A stretch of 61,802 nucleotides of DNA, the filler included. It is 4 parts of 4 records of this genome, joined end to end, with 100 filler letters (N's around TTAATTAATTAA, not from the genome) between each part and the next. Parts side by side here need not be neighbours in the genome. Positions count along the whole stretch, not along the records: positions 41,687 to 54,900 come from DRR723986_13749; positions 55,001 to 61,802 come from DRR723986_13752; 2 more parts are not named here. One strand, 5' to 3'. This document shows positions 52,109-61,124 of the stretch, piece by piece; positions within the stretch are counted from its first letter, which is position 1; each line of letters starts with the position of its first letter. The position numbers and the translations under genes are program-made. The notes below the pieces were generated by a model. It did not search any database and was not told the origin of the DNA. It saw only the letters and a program-made list of their open reading frames with translations.

Positions 52109-52237
52109 CAGAATCCCCCCCAATATTTTTGCATGATGAGTGTTGCACGCTTCATTGCAATATTCCCTAAATTCGCACTAAGGGGCATATTTGCTCAAGG
52201 AAACGCTTGGCGCACAGTCCAAATATCCTCATGATCG

Positions 52238-52254
52238 GATAACTTTTTATTATC
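52238..52254. promoter_or_regulatory. LysR recognition box
   Basis: GATAA-N7-TTATC dyad containing T-N11-A (52240/52252) in the divergent promoter region, 16 nt before the LysR ATG. Confidence 0.65.
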
Positions 52255-52270
52255 ATGGTAAGAGATAGAG

Positions 52271-53200
52271 ATGCGCCGACGCCTGCCCCCTTTGAACGCA
52301 TTGCTCGCCTTTGAAGCGGCGGCGCGTCATGGCAATTTCACGCGCGCCGCACGCGAACTGTCTGTCGCGCAACCCGCTGTCACGCGCCACATTGCAAATC
52401 TTGAAAACTGGTTTGGAACTTCGCTTTTTAAAAGAAATGGCAATCACGTCTCATTGACTGCACAAGGACAAGAGGTCGCCGAACTGGCACTTGGCGCTTT
52501 TGACCGGCTCGAACTGGGGTTTGACCGCATGGCAAAGCGGGGTGAAAACGAACTGGTGATCGGGGCGTCTTTTGGTATGGCGCACCTTTGGCTCATGCCG
52601 CGGATATCGGAACTGCGGGGGGCGGCACAGGGCGCGGCGATCAATTTTGTGACCTCTGATACTTACACTGATTTTGACAGCAATAAGGTCGACTTTTCGA
52701 TCCGTTTTGGCACCGGTCACTGGCCCGGATACGCGGCTGATTTGCTATTTCGCGAAGAAGTTCAAGTGATCGCCACCCCCAAGTTTTTGCAAGCACACCC
52801 AGGCCTTGACCCTAACAATCTAACCGAAACGCTTACACAGGATTGGATGTTGGATCATGGCGATGAACACGCAATCGGCTGGTTCACGTGGCACACTTGG
52901 CATCAACACCATCAGCTTGGATTTGACACCACACGCCCCTTTACCGAAATTCGCAACTATCCAACCCTGCTGGATATGGTTCTCTCTGGCGAAGGGGTTG
53001 GGTTGGGCTCTTCTGGATTAGAAGATCCGCACGTTCTCTCTGGTGAACTTGTCAGACTAGGGCCCGTGATCAGCCGCCCCAACCATGGCTATTACTTGGT
53101 CTATGACCCTGATACTCTTGAAAAACCCGCAGCTCAAAATTTGCGAAGCCACCTTTTGACCGAAGCAAAGCATCGCTTAGACTCCGGCATAACACCCTAG
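52271..53200 (+). CDS. LysR-family regulator (GcvA-like)
   Basis: MRRRLPPLNALLAFEAAARHGNFTRAARELSVAQPAVTRHI. Confidence 0.95.
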   Translation: MRRRLPPLNALLAFEAAARHGNFTRAARELSVAQPAVTRHIANLENWFGTSLFKRNGNHVSLTAQGQEVAELALGAFDRLELGFDRMAKRGENELVIGASFGMAHLWLMPRISELRGAAQGAAINFVTSDTYTDFDSNKVDFSIRFGTGHWPGYAADLLFREEVQVIATPKFLQAHPGLDPNNLTETLTQDWMLDHGDEHAIGWFTWHTWHQHHQLGFDTTRPFTEIRNYPTLLDMVLSGEGVGLGSSGLEDPHVLSGELVRLGPVISRPNHGYYLVYDPDTLEKPAAQNLRSHLLTEAKHRLDSGITP

Positions 53201-53254
53201 GTTCGAAACCGAATTGCCATCGACCCAGTAGAACATGACACAAGGATTCAAACC

Positions 53255-54187
53255 GTGGCCTCAAACAAACAGTCCCTGACGCCACCGAACCAGACGTCGC
53301 CAAACCTTAGGGGTGTTCTGTGGGCGCTGTTGTCCACTGCGATCTTTGCCTTGGTGGCGGCGCTGGCTAAGATTGCATCCGGCGATTACCATGTTCTGCA
53401 AATCCTGTTCATTCGCCAAGTTGTTGTGTTTTTTGCAGCGGTCCCGTCAATCGCCGGTAATTTTCCACACAGCCTGCGCACGCAGCACCCCAAACTGCAC
53501 CTGATCCGCCTGATCGGGGCCTTTCTTGCCTTGTCTTGTAGTATATGGGCGGTTTCGGTGTTGCCGCTGACGACTGCGATCACTCTTACTTTTGCTCAGG
53601 TCTTTTTTGTGACCCTGTTGGCCATGTGGTTTCTGAACGAACCTGTCGGCCGCCATCGCATTACGGCCGTTGTCTTTGGCTTTATCGGCGTTCTTTTCGC
53701 AACCCGCCCCGGTGTCAGTGGCTTTTTTGATGTCTATGCGCTGATCCCGATCCTTGGCGCGTTGGGGGCGGCCATGGCTGTCACCTCTATCCGCCGTCTG
53801 TCACAAACGGAATCCACCGCAACCTTACTGGCCTATCAAGCCATTTTCGTCGGGGCATTGGCCGGTATTCCTATGTTCTGGCTGTGGGAAGCCCCAGACG
53901 CCCAAGGGTGGATTTTGATGCTGAGCATGGGCGCTTTGTCCAGCGTGGGTCAGTGGATTGGCGTCAAAGCATTGCGCCTTGGCGAAGCCAGCGTTGTGAC
54001 CAACATCCAATACATGAAACTGATCTATGCCGCGATTTTGGGGTATCTTCTGTTTCTGGAAATCCCAGATTCCTACACCCTGATTGGGGCTGCAATCATC
54101 ATCGGGTCGTCTGGTTACATGATGCACCGGGAACGGCGTCTCAAGATTGGCGCAGAAAAATCAGCCTTTGCAGGGCCACGAAACTAA
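53255..54187 (+). CDS. EamA/DMT-family transporter
   Basis: About 10 TMs in two repeats, FLNEPVG, GVLFATRPG, LFLEIPD. Confidence 0.9.
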   Translation: MASNKQSLTPPNQTSPNLRGVLWALLSTAIFALVAALAKIASGDYHVLQILFIRQVVVFFAAVPSIAGNFPHSLRTQHPKLHLIRLIGAFLALSCSIWAVSVLPLTTAITLTFAQVFFVTLLAMWFLNEPVGRHRITAVVFGFIGVLFATRPGVSGFFDVYALIPILGALGAAMAVTSIRRLSQTESTATLLAYQAIFVGALAGIPMFWLWEAPDAQGWILMLSMGALSSVGQWIGVKALRLGEASVVTNIQYMKLIYAAILGYLLFLEIPDSYTLIGAAIIIGSSGYMMHRERRLKIGAEKSAFAGPRN

Positions 54188-54321
54188 CCATTTTCCGGGA
54201 GGGATTTGGCAGAAAAGGAGGTGTCGGTTCTTGCAATGATCCTTCGCAACGGTACGGGCGGCGACCTGCTAGAATCGTGCAAGGTGGCCCCACACCCCAG
54301 CCCCTCGTGCGGAGATCTGCC

Positions 54322-54900
54322 ATGACTGACCAAACGCCCCCAACCCCTGCCCGCTCTGGCGGACGGTCTGCACGCCGTGCCCTGCGCAGCGCCCCCAATT
54401 TTGAAATGCTGCCCGGCCTTACCCGCAATATTCCCCTATGCGAGGTGATGGACGAGGCGCAGGTTGAGCGCATTGATAATGCGTCGATGGACATTCTGGA
54501 AAACGTAGGCGTCCACTTCCGTGACCCCATCGCGATCGAGGATTGGAAAAAAGCCGGTGCCAAAGTGGTGGGCGAAACTGTCTATCTGGACCGCGGGCTG
54601 GTCCGGGATCTGATTTCAACAATCCCCAGCGATTTCACCTATCACGCCCGTGATCCCAATAAGAACGTGCGTCTGGGCGGCAAGCATTCGATCTTTGTGC
54701 CGATGACGGGTGCGCCCTTCCTGCGCGATCTGGACGACGTGCGCCGCAACCCGATGCTGGACGATCTGGCGATGTTCCACAAACTGGCGCACATGATGCC
54801 CGCGTTGCATTCATCTGCGCATCACATTGTCGAACCCTATGACCACCCAATCAGCCAGCGCCACCTGCAAATCACCTATTCGTCGATGAAATATTCCGAC
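54322..54900 (+). CDS. Second MttB-superfamily methyltransferase, 5' part (truncated)
   Basis: ATG 54322 after GGAG; RSGGRSARRALR, IDNASMDILENVGVHF, TGAPFLRD. Confidence 0.88.
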
Positions 54901-55000
54901 NNNNNNNNNNNNNNNNNNNNNNNNNNNNNNNNNNNNNNNNNNNNTTAATTAATTAANNNNNNNNNNNNNNNNNNNNNNNNNNNNNNNNNNNNNNNNNNNN
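54901..55000. other. Artificial contig linker
   Basis: N run + TTAATTAATTAA + N run. Confidence 0.98.
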
Positions 55001-55406
55001 CCAGAACGATGGTCAGAACACCGCGATCCAAGCCGATGCCGATAAACAACAGCAACAGCGACAGGCCTGTGATCACTTCGGGCATCACCAACGGAGCATA
55101 GATCATACCGGAAAACAGGGTTCGCCCCATAAAACGACCGCCGCGTACCAAAACATAGGCCGCCATGGTTCCCAAAACTGTGGCGATTGTTGACGAAAAG
55201 ACCGCGACTTTTACCGTAACCCATGCCGCATTCAGGAACGCCTCGTTTTGCATCAGCTCGCCGTACCATTTGGTCGAAAAACCAGCCCAGACCGTCACCA
55301 GCTTGCTTTCGTTAAAGCTGAAGATGATCAGAATGATCATTGGGATATAAAGAAACGCGAATCCCAAGGTCAGCGAAACCACATTGAACCAACTTAACTT
55401 GTTCAT
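55001..55406 (-). CDS. potI: Putrescine ABC transporter permease PotI (truncated)
   Basis: FLYIPMIILIIFSFNESKLVTVWAGFSTKWY, PLVMPEVITGLSLLLLF. Confidence 0.88.
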
Positions 55407-56284
55407 TCCTCCGCCTCCGCTTGTTTCTGCTGGTTACGCTGGAACAGCACGATCGGAATCACCAAGATCAACAACAGGATCACCGCCACCGCGCTTGCCA
55501 CTGGCCAATCCCGGTTGGAGAAGAACTCCTCCCACAACACTTTGCCGATCATCAATGTGCCGGAGCCGCCCAGCAGCGAAGGAATAACAAATTCGCCCAG
55601 AACCGGGATGAAAACCAAAAACGACCCGGCGATGATACCCGGCCGTGAAAGCGGAATCGTGACCAACCAAAACGCGAGAAGCCGTGAACACCCGAGATCC
55701 TCGGCTGCTTCTATCAGCGAGCCATCCAACCGTTCAAGGGCTGCATAGATCGGCAGGATCATGAACGGCAAATAGGTGTAAACGATGCCGATGTAGACCG
55801 CCGTGTTGGTGTTCAAAATCGTTAGCGGCGTCGAAATGATGCCCGTCCACAACAGGAATTGGTTCAGGAACCCTTCGTTACTTAGGATGCCCATCCACGC
55901 ATAGACCCGGATCAGGAACGAGGTCCAAAAGGGCAAAATCACCAACATCATCAGCGTGGCACGCCATTCATCCGGCGCACGCGCCATGGCATAGGCTATC
56001 GGATAGCCGACCAGCAACGTGCAAAAGGTCGAAATCAGCGCGATTTTGGCGCTGCTCAGGTAGGCTTTCCAATAGAGGTTATCCTCAGTCAGAAAGATGA
56101 AGTTTTCGAAATCCAACTCGGCCAGAAACGCGCCAATGCCGGTGGCCCAATCGAATTGCGGCAGATAGGGCGGACGGGCGATTGCCGCATCCGACAGTGA
56201 GATTTTGAAGACGATGACAAACGGCACCAGAAACAGCGCCAATAGCCACACATAAGGAACAGCGATCAGAACAAAGCGGCGCAT
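55403..56284 (-). CDS. potH: Putrescine ABC transporter permease PotH
   Basis: ILPFWTSFLIRVYAW, EAAEDLG, NRDWPVASA; start ATG 56284 overlaps the potG stop (TGATG). Confidence 0.88.
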   Translation of the reverse strand: MRRFVLIAVPYVWLLALFLVPFVIVFKISLSDAAIARPPYLPQFDWATGIGAFLAELDFENFIFLTEDNLYWKAYLSSAKIALISTFCTLLVGYPIAYAMARAPDEWRATLMMLVILPFWTSFLIRVYAWMGILSNEGFLNQFLLWTGIISTPLTILNTNTAVYIGIVYTYLPFMILPIYAALERLDGSLIEAAEDLGCSRLLAFWLVTIPLSRPGIIAGSFLVFIPVLGEFVIPSLLGGSGTLMIGKVLWEEFFSNRDWPVASAVAVILLLILVIPIVLFQRNQQKQAEAEE

Positions 56285-57411
56285 CAGTTTGCCAACAAGA
56301 CACCTGCCGTGGCCGTCCAAGACAGCCAAACGGGGTCTTCCCAAGTAAAGGAGCGGCGCGAAATCCGACGTGTATTTGCCGCCTGTGCTTTGATCATCGT
56401 GCCGTTCGCCAGTTCGACATAATAGGTGGACAGATTCCCCAGATAGGCAATGTCATGCACTTTGCCCTGCACCATGTTGTCTGCGTTTTCAGGGCGATCT
56501 GCCGTGATGGTTATCTTTTCTGGGCGGATCGCCAGATGGCAGGTCTGATCCTTGGAAAATTCGGTCGCCGATGTTGCGTTCAAGGCCGCCTGCCCTTCGG
56601 CCCAATCCACGCGATACGTGCCTTCGTTTGCTGACGTAGTCCGACCTTGGATGATGTTCACATCCCCAATGAAATCAGCCACATAAACAGAGTTTGGCGT
56701 TTCATAGATCCGGTCTGGGGTGGCCACCTGCTTCAACAACCCTTCGTCCATGACGGCCACGCGCGAGGCAACGGTCATCGCCTCTTCTTGGTCATGGGTC
56801 ACGATCACAAAGGTTGTGCCGGTGCTTTCCTGAATATCCATCAATTCAAACTGCGTATCCTGACGCAGCTTTTTGTCCAACGCCCCCAAAGGTTCGTCCA
56901 ACAACAACAGCTTTGGGGCTTTGGCCAATGAGCGCGCTAGCGCGACACGTTGGCGTTGCCCCCCTGAAATCTGATGCGGTTTGCGGCGGGCGAATTTTTC
57001 GAGCCGAGTCAGCTTGAGCATCTCTTCGACGCGGGCCTCAAGATCTAGTTTTGGCATTTTGTCCCGGCGCAGGCCAAATGCAATGTTTTCCCAAACGCTG
57101 AGATGTGGAAACAACGCGTAGGACTGGAACATCATGTTCACAGCCCGCTTGTTGGGAGGCACGGCTGCGATGTCTTGCCCCGCCAATTCAATTGTCCCCT
57201 CGGTGACGGTTTCAAATCCCGCAAGCATCCGCATCATCGTGGTTTTACCACAGCCCGATGGCCCCAACAGGGCGAAAAACTCTTTCTCAAAAATATCCAG
57301 AGACAGATTGTCGATCGCGGTAAACGAACCAAAGCGTTTCGTGACATTTCGAAAGCTAATCAATGGCTTGGCATTGGGGTCTTCCCAAGGCGCAAAGACG
57401 GATGTGTTCAA
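56284..57411 (-). CDS. potG: Putrescine ABC transporter ATPase PotG
   Basis: GPSGCGKT, ISGGQRQR, LLLDEP, TOBE C-terminus; start estimated at TTG 57411. Confidence 0.88.
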   Translation of the reverse strand: MNTSVFAPWEDPNAKPLISFRNVTKRFGSFTAIDNLSLDIFEKEFFALLGPSGCGKTTMMRMLAGFETVTEGTIELAGQDIAAVPPNKRAVNMMFQSYALFPHLSVWENIAFGLRRDKMPKLDLEARVEEMLKLTRLEKFARRKPHQISGGQRQRVALARSLAKAPKLLLLDEPLGALDKKLRQDTQFELMDIQESTGTTFVIVTHDQEEAMTVASRVAVMDEGLLKQVATPDRIYETPNSVYVADFIGDVNIIQGRTTSANEGTYRVDWAEGQAALNATSATEFSKDQTCHLAIRPEKITITADRPENADNMVQGKVHDIAYLGNLSTYYVELANGTMIKAQAANTRRISRRSFTWEDPVWLSWTATAGVLLAN

Positions 57412-57455
57412 GGTGGACCCCCGTATATTTCCCGTGCGTGCAACACAGGCCACAC

Positions 57456-57478
57456 AGACGGGCCACTGCGGCCCGCCT
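57456..57478 (-). terminator. GC-rich stem-loop between potF and potG (likely mRNA stabiliser or attenuator)
   Basis: Minus strand AGGCGGGCC-gcagt-GGCCCGTCT, no U tract. Confidence 0.45.
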
Positions 57479-57498
57479 TAGGTTTTTCAAATCAAGGC

Positions 57499-58584
57499 TT
57501 AGATACCTGACTTAATCTTGGTCCAGAGACGGGTTACCACCCGCTGCGTTTTCGCGGGGTACGGCGTGGTGATGTACAGGTTTTCCATCGTTGCCTCGCT
57601 GGGATAGATCGCAGGATCGTCGATCACGTCCGACTCTAGATGCGCTTGCGAGGCTTTGTTGCCGTTGGCGTAATACACATAGTTCGACGCTGCCGCCATA
57701 TTGTTGGCATCGAGAATAAAGTTCAGGAATTTATGCGCGCCTTCGGGGTTCGGGGCGTCAACTGGAATGGCCATTTGGTCGAACCACATCAGAGAGCCTT
57801 GCGAAAAGGCGTTATAGGCGATTTCAACACCGTTTTCCGCCTCAGCCGCGCGATCACGGGCCTGCAGGATGTCGCCAGACCAACCAACTGCAACGCAGAT
57901 GTCCCCATTGGCGAGCGCGTTGATGTATTCCGAGCTGTGGAATTTCTGAATATGGGGGCGCACCGCCGACAATATCGGCTCGGTCTTGGCAATCACATCC
58001 TTGTCGTGGCTATCGGGATCTTCGCCAAGGTATTGCAGAACCATTGGGATCATTTCGCTCGGCGCGTCCAGGAAATGCACACCACAGGCGGCCAGTTTTT
58101 CCATGTTTTCCGGCTTGAGAACCAAATCCATGCTGCTGAGTGGTGCGTCATCTCCCAAGACCTCTTTGACCTTGCCGACGTTTACACCCAACCCGGTGGT
58201 GCCCCACATGTAGTTGATTGAATAGGCGTTGTCTGGATCATAGCCCGAGGTGCGATCTTGGATCACATCCCACAGGTTGCCAGAATTGCTCAGTTTGCTG
58301 GTGTCCAGCTTTTGAAAGGCACCCGCTTGAATTTGACGTTGTAGGAATGTGCCCGACGGAACAACGACATCATAGCCGGATCCACCCGCCAGCATCTTGG
58401 TTTCCAGCACTTCGTTGCTGTCAAACACATCGTAGATCAGTTTGAGGCCGGTTTCAGTTTCAAACTTTTCCAGCAACTCTTCGTCGATGTAATCAGACCA
58501 GTTATAGACCCGAACTTCTTCGGCAAAGGCCATGGATGTGCTCAGCGCAAGTACGCCAGTGAGTGTCAGCATTTTGAGTGTCAT
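57499..58584 (-). CDS. potF: Putrescine ABC transporter substrate-binding protein PotF
   Basis: YNWSDYI, YDVFDSNE, GSGYDVVVPS, WGTTG, GWSGD, WFD; start ATG 58584 after GGGAG. Confidence 0.9.
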   Translation of the reverse strand: MTLKMLTLTGVLALSTSMAFAEEVRVYNWSDYIDEELLEKFETETGLKLIYDVFDSNEVLETKMLAGGSGYDVVVPSGTFLQRQIQAGAFQKLDTSKLSNSGNLWDVIQDRTSGYDPDNAYSINYMWGTTGLGVNVGKVKEVLGDDAPLSSMDLVLKPENMEKLAACGVHFLDAPSEMIPMVLQYLGEDPDSHDKDVIAKTEPILSAVRPHIQKFHSSEYINALANGDICVAVGWSGDILQARDRAAEAENGVEIAYNAFSQGSLMWFDQMAIPVDAPNPEGAHKFLNFILDANNMAAASNYVYYANGNKASQAHLESDVIDDPAIYPSEATMENLYITTPYPAKTQRVVTRLWTKIKSGI

Positions 58585-58629
58585 TGAGTGTCTCCCTGCT
58601 AGGAACGGGTATGCTCCCGCCTGCGGGGA

Positions 58630-58639
58630 TTTGATCAAG
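58630..58639. promoter_or_regulatory. Putative GntR operator 1 (TTTGATCAAG) upstream of potF
   Basis: TTGATCAA palindrome, recurring at 58725, 59437 and 61075. Confidence 0.55.
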
Positions 58640-58724
58640 TTTTGCCTTCTGCGGCAACAGTGTTTATGGTCATCAGCGAAAATGGCCACCTATGCCACCG
58701 GGTTGAAATCGAGTTAAGTCCTTT

Positions 58725-58737
58725 GAATATGATCAAA
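58725..58737. promoter_or_regulatory. Putative GntR operator 2 overlapping the gntR start codon
   Basis: GAATATGATCAAA is the exact reverse complement of 59437-59449. Confidence 0.6.
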
Positions 58738-59409
58738 AATAACACTGCAGAAAAAACCCAATCTGAAGGGAAAAAACCTGTTCACGAGCAGGTGTATCAG
58801 ACGATCAAGGCCCAAATCCTGTTCGGAGAGATGGCCCCGGGACAGGCTGTCACCATTCAGGGGCTGACAGATTCGCTGGGGGTTGGCATGACCCCGGTGC
58901 GCGAAGCGATCCGCCGTCTGATCTCGGATGGAGCGTTGGTATTTCAGGGCAATCGTCGGGTCAGTGTGCCCGTGCTGTCTGCGAATGATATCGAACAGCT
59001 CATATATGTAAGGATATCAATCGAATCCGAACTGGCCCGTCGTGCCGCACAGCGTATGGCAGCTGCGGATATTGATCAGCTGGAAACCCTTGATCAGGCT
59101 TTGGATGCAGCAATTGCAGCCGGGGATGTGCCAAAATACTTGCGCTTTAATCACGCCTTTCACGCGGCCCTTTATGCCCATGCCAATGCCCCGATCATGA
59201 CGGACTTGGCAGACCGGTTGTGGTTGCGATTCGGCCCTTCGTTGCGGGTGGTATGTGGGCGGTTTGGCACCCAGAACTTGCCGGATCGGCACAAAGATAT
59301 GTTGGTTGCGATGCGCAATCGTGACGTTGATGGTGTGGCCAAGGCCATGGAACAAGACGTTTCTCAAGGCACCGAGATGATGATCGAGGTCTTATCAGAG
59401 GCACGTTAG
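58729..59409 (+). CDS. GntR-family (FCD) transcriptional regulator
   Basis: LGVGMTPVREAIRRL wHTH, NHAFH FCD motif; start moved to ATG 58729. Confidence 0.93.
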   Translation: MIKNNTAEKTQSEGKKPVHEQVYQTIKAQILFGEMAPGQAVTIQGLTDSLGVGMTPVREAIRRLISDGALVFQGNRRVSVPVLSANDIEQLIYVRISIESELARRAAQRMAAADIDQLETLDQALDAAIAAGDVPKYLRFNHAFHAALYAHANAPIMTDLADRLWLRFGPSLRVVCGRFGTQNLPDRHKDMLVAMRNRDVDGVAKAMEQDVSQGTEMMIEVLSEAR

Positions 59410-59422
59410 GGCAAGGACGCAA

Positions 59423-59450
59423 TTGACAGCCTGAAATTTGATCATATTCT
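59423..59450 (+). promoter_or_regulatory. Sigma70-type promoter TTGACA-N16-TATTCT with overlapping operator 3 (TTTGATCATATTC, 59437-59449)
   Basis: Perfect -35 at 59423-59428; -10-like hexamer at 59445-59450, 29 nt before the aminotransferase ATG. Confidence 0.65.
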
Positions 59451-59479
59451 GCATGGCAACCTTTTTACCGGAGATCGCC

Positions 59480-60877
59480 ATGTCGACCATCACCAACCAC
59501 CTGCCCACGGCCGAACTTCAGGCGTTGGATGCAGCCCATCACATGCACCCCTTTACCGCCAATGATGAATTGGCCAAAAAAGGCGCGCGGGTGATTACAC
59601 GTGCCACCGGGATCTACCTGACCGACAGCGAAGGCGAAGAAATCCTGGACGCCATGGCAGGCCTGTGGTGCGTCAACATCGGCTATGGCCGCGATGAGCT
59701 GGCCGATGTCGCCGCCCGTCAGATGCGGGAGCTGCCCTATTACAACTCGTTCTTTATGACGACCCATGTCCCGGCGATCGCATTGGCCAACAAAATCGCT
59801 GAACTGGCGCCCGGTGATCTGAATCACGTCTTTTTTGCCGGTGGCGGGTCCGAGGCCAACGATACCAATATCCGCATGGTCCGCACATATTGGGCGAACA
59901 AGGGCAAGCCGAGCAAATCGGTAATCATCAGCCGTAAGAACGCCTATCATGGCTCGACTGTAGGCAGCGGATCCTTGGGGGGTATGGCGCCGATGCACGC
60001 GCAGGGTGGGCTGCCAATTCCGGACATTCACCATATTAGCCAGCCAAACTGGTGGGCCGAGGGCGGTAATGCCACCCCCGAAGTATTCGGCCTGGCGTGC
60101 GCGCAAGAGCTGGAAGAAGCCATTCTAGAACTGGGCGAAGACCGCGTCGCGGCCTTTATCGCGGAACCTGTGCAGGGCGCTGGTGGGGTCATCGTTGCCC
60201 CCGATACCTATTGGCCCGAAATTCAGCGGATCTGTGACAAGTACGAGATCCTGCTGATCGCGGACGAGGTCATCTGTGGCTTTGGCCGCACGGGAAACTG
60301 GTTCGGGTCGCAAACGGTTGGCATCCAGCCGGATATTATGACCATCGCAAAGGGGCTCAGCTCTGGCTATGCGCCTATTGGTGGCTCGATTGTCAATGAC
60401 GAGGTCGCGGCGGTTATTGGTCAGGACGAGTTCAACCACGGCTATACCTATTCAGGTCACCCTGTTGCGGCAGCTGTGGCGCTCGAGAACCTGCGTATCA
60501 TTGAGGAAGAAGACATCGTCGGTCACGTGCAATCCGTTGCTGGCCCCTATCTGAAAGAAAAGTGGGAGGGTCTGATGGATCACCCACTGGTGGGAGAGGC
60601 GAAAATTGTCGGCATGATGGCGTCGATTGCATTGACGCCTGACAAAGCAACGCGGGCAAAATTTGCCTCTGAACCCGGCACTGTTGGGTATGTTTGCCGG
60701 GACCGGTGCTTTGGCAACAACCTGATCATGCGCCACGTCGGGGATCGTATGATTATCTCGCCACCACTGATTCTGTCGCCTGCGGATATCGACGAAATGA
60801 TTCGCCGAATCCGCAAATCTCTGGACGAAGCACATCAGGATTTGATCGATCAAGACCTGATGAAAGCCGCATCCTGA
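59480..60877 (+). CDS. Class-III PLP aminotransferase, putrescine:pyruvate (SpuC-like)
   Basis: DAMAGLWCVNIGYG, GSEAND, AYHGST, AEPVQGAGG, ADEVICGFGRTG, AKGLSSGY; pot context; start ATG 59480. Confidence 0.9.
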   Translation: MSTITNHLPTAELQALDAAHHMHPFTANDELAKKGARVITRATGIYLTDSEGEEILDAMAGLWCVNIGYGRDELADVAARQMRELPYYNSFFMTTHVPAIALANKIAELAPGDLNHVFFAGGGSEANDTNIRMVRTYWANKGKPSKSVIISRKNAYHGSTVGSGSLGGMAPMHAQGGLPIPDIHHISQPNWWAEGGNATPEVFGLACAQELEEAILELGEDRVAAFIAEPVQGAGGVIVAPDTYWPEIQRICDKYEILLIADEVICGFGRTGNWFGSQTVGIQPDIMTIAKGLSSGYAPIGGSIVNDEVAAVIGQDEFNHGYTYSGHPVAAAVALENLRIIEEEDIVGHVQSVAGPYLKEKWEGLMDHPLVGEAKIVGMMASIALTPDKATRAKFASEPGTVGYVCRDRCFGNNLIMRHVGDRMIISPPLILSPADIDEMIRRIRKSLDEAHQDLIDQDLMKAAS

Positions 60878-60921
60878 CGATACGGCACCCATACGGGCCC
60901 AAGCGCCTGTAATTTCAGCAG

Positions 60922-60966
60922 CAAAGCAGCCGGGCACCTTATAACGTGACCGGCTGCTTTGTTTTT
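60922..60966 (+). terminator. Rho-independent terminator after the aminotransferase
   Basis: CAAAGCAGCCGG...CCGGCTGCTTTG 12-bp stem followed by TTTTT. Confidence 0.85.
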
Positions 60967-61074
60967 CACTAACCCAGATTTCGAAAATTCTGATCCACAA
61001 CCGACTGAAAAAGGCCGCTATTTGGCACTCATGCGTCGTAAACCTGTTGCGTCCCACACAATTGCGCGCTTTAG

Positions 61075-61084
61075 TTTGATCAAA
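61075..61084. promoter_or_regulatory. Putative GntR operator 4 (perfect TTTGATCAAA)
   Basis: Perfect 10-bp palindrome 40 nt before the second ABC ATPase start. Confidence 0.6.
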
Positions 61085-61124
61085 GCGGCATAGACTGCGG
61101 TAATATAATCTCAGGGAGCTGGCA

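Noticed and set aside
50242-52234. Long plus-strand ORFs 50242-51147 and 51365-52234
   Set aside because: Antisense shadows of the PanB-like and desaturase genes, with no motifs
53884-54321. Apparent N-terminal extension of the second MttB
   Set aside because: Out-of-frame overlap with EamA; the RBS-supported start is ATG 54322
61023-61037. TGGCAC sigma54-like -24 element before the second ABC ATPase
   Set aside because: No GC at the required -12 spacing
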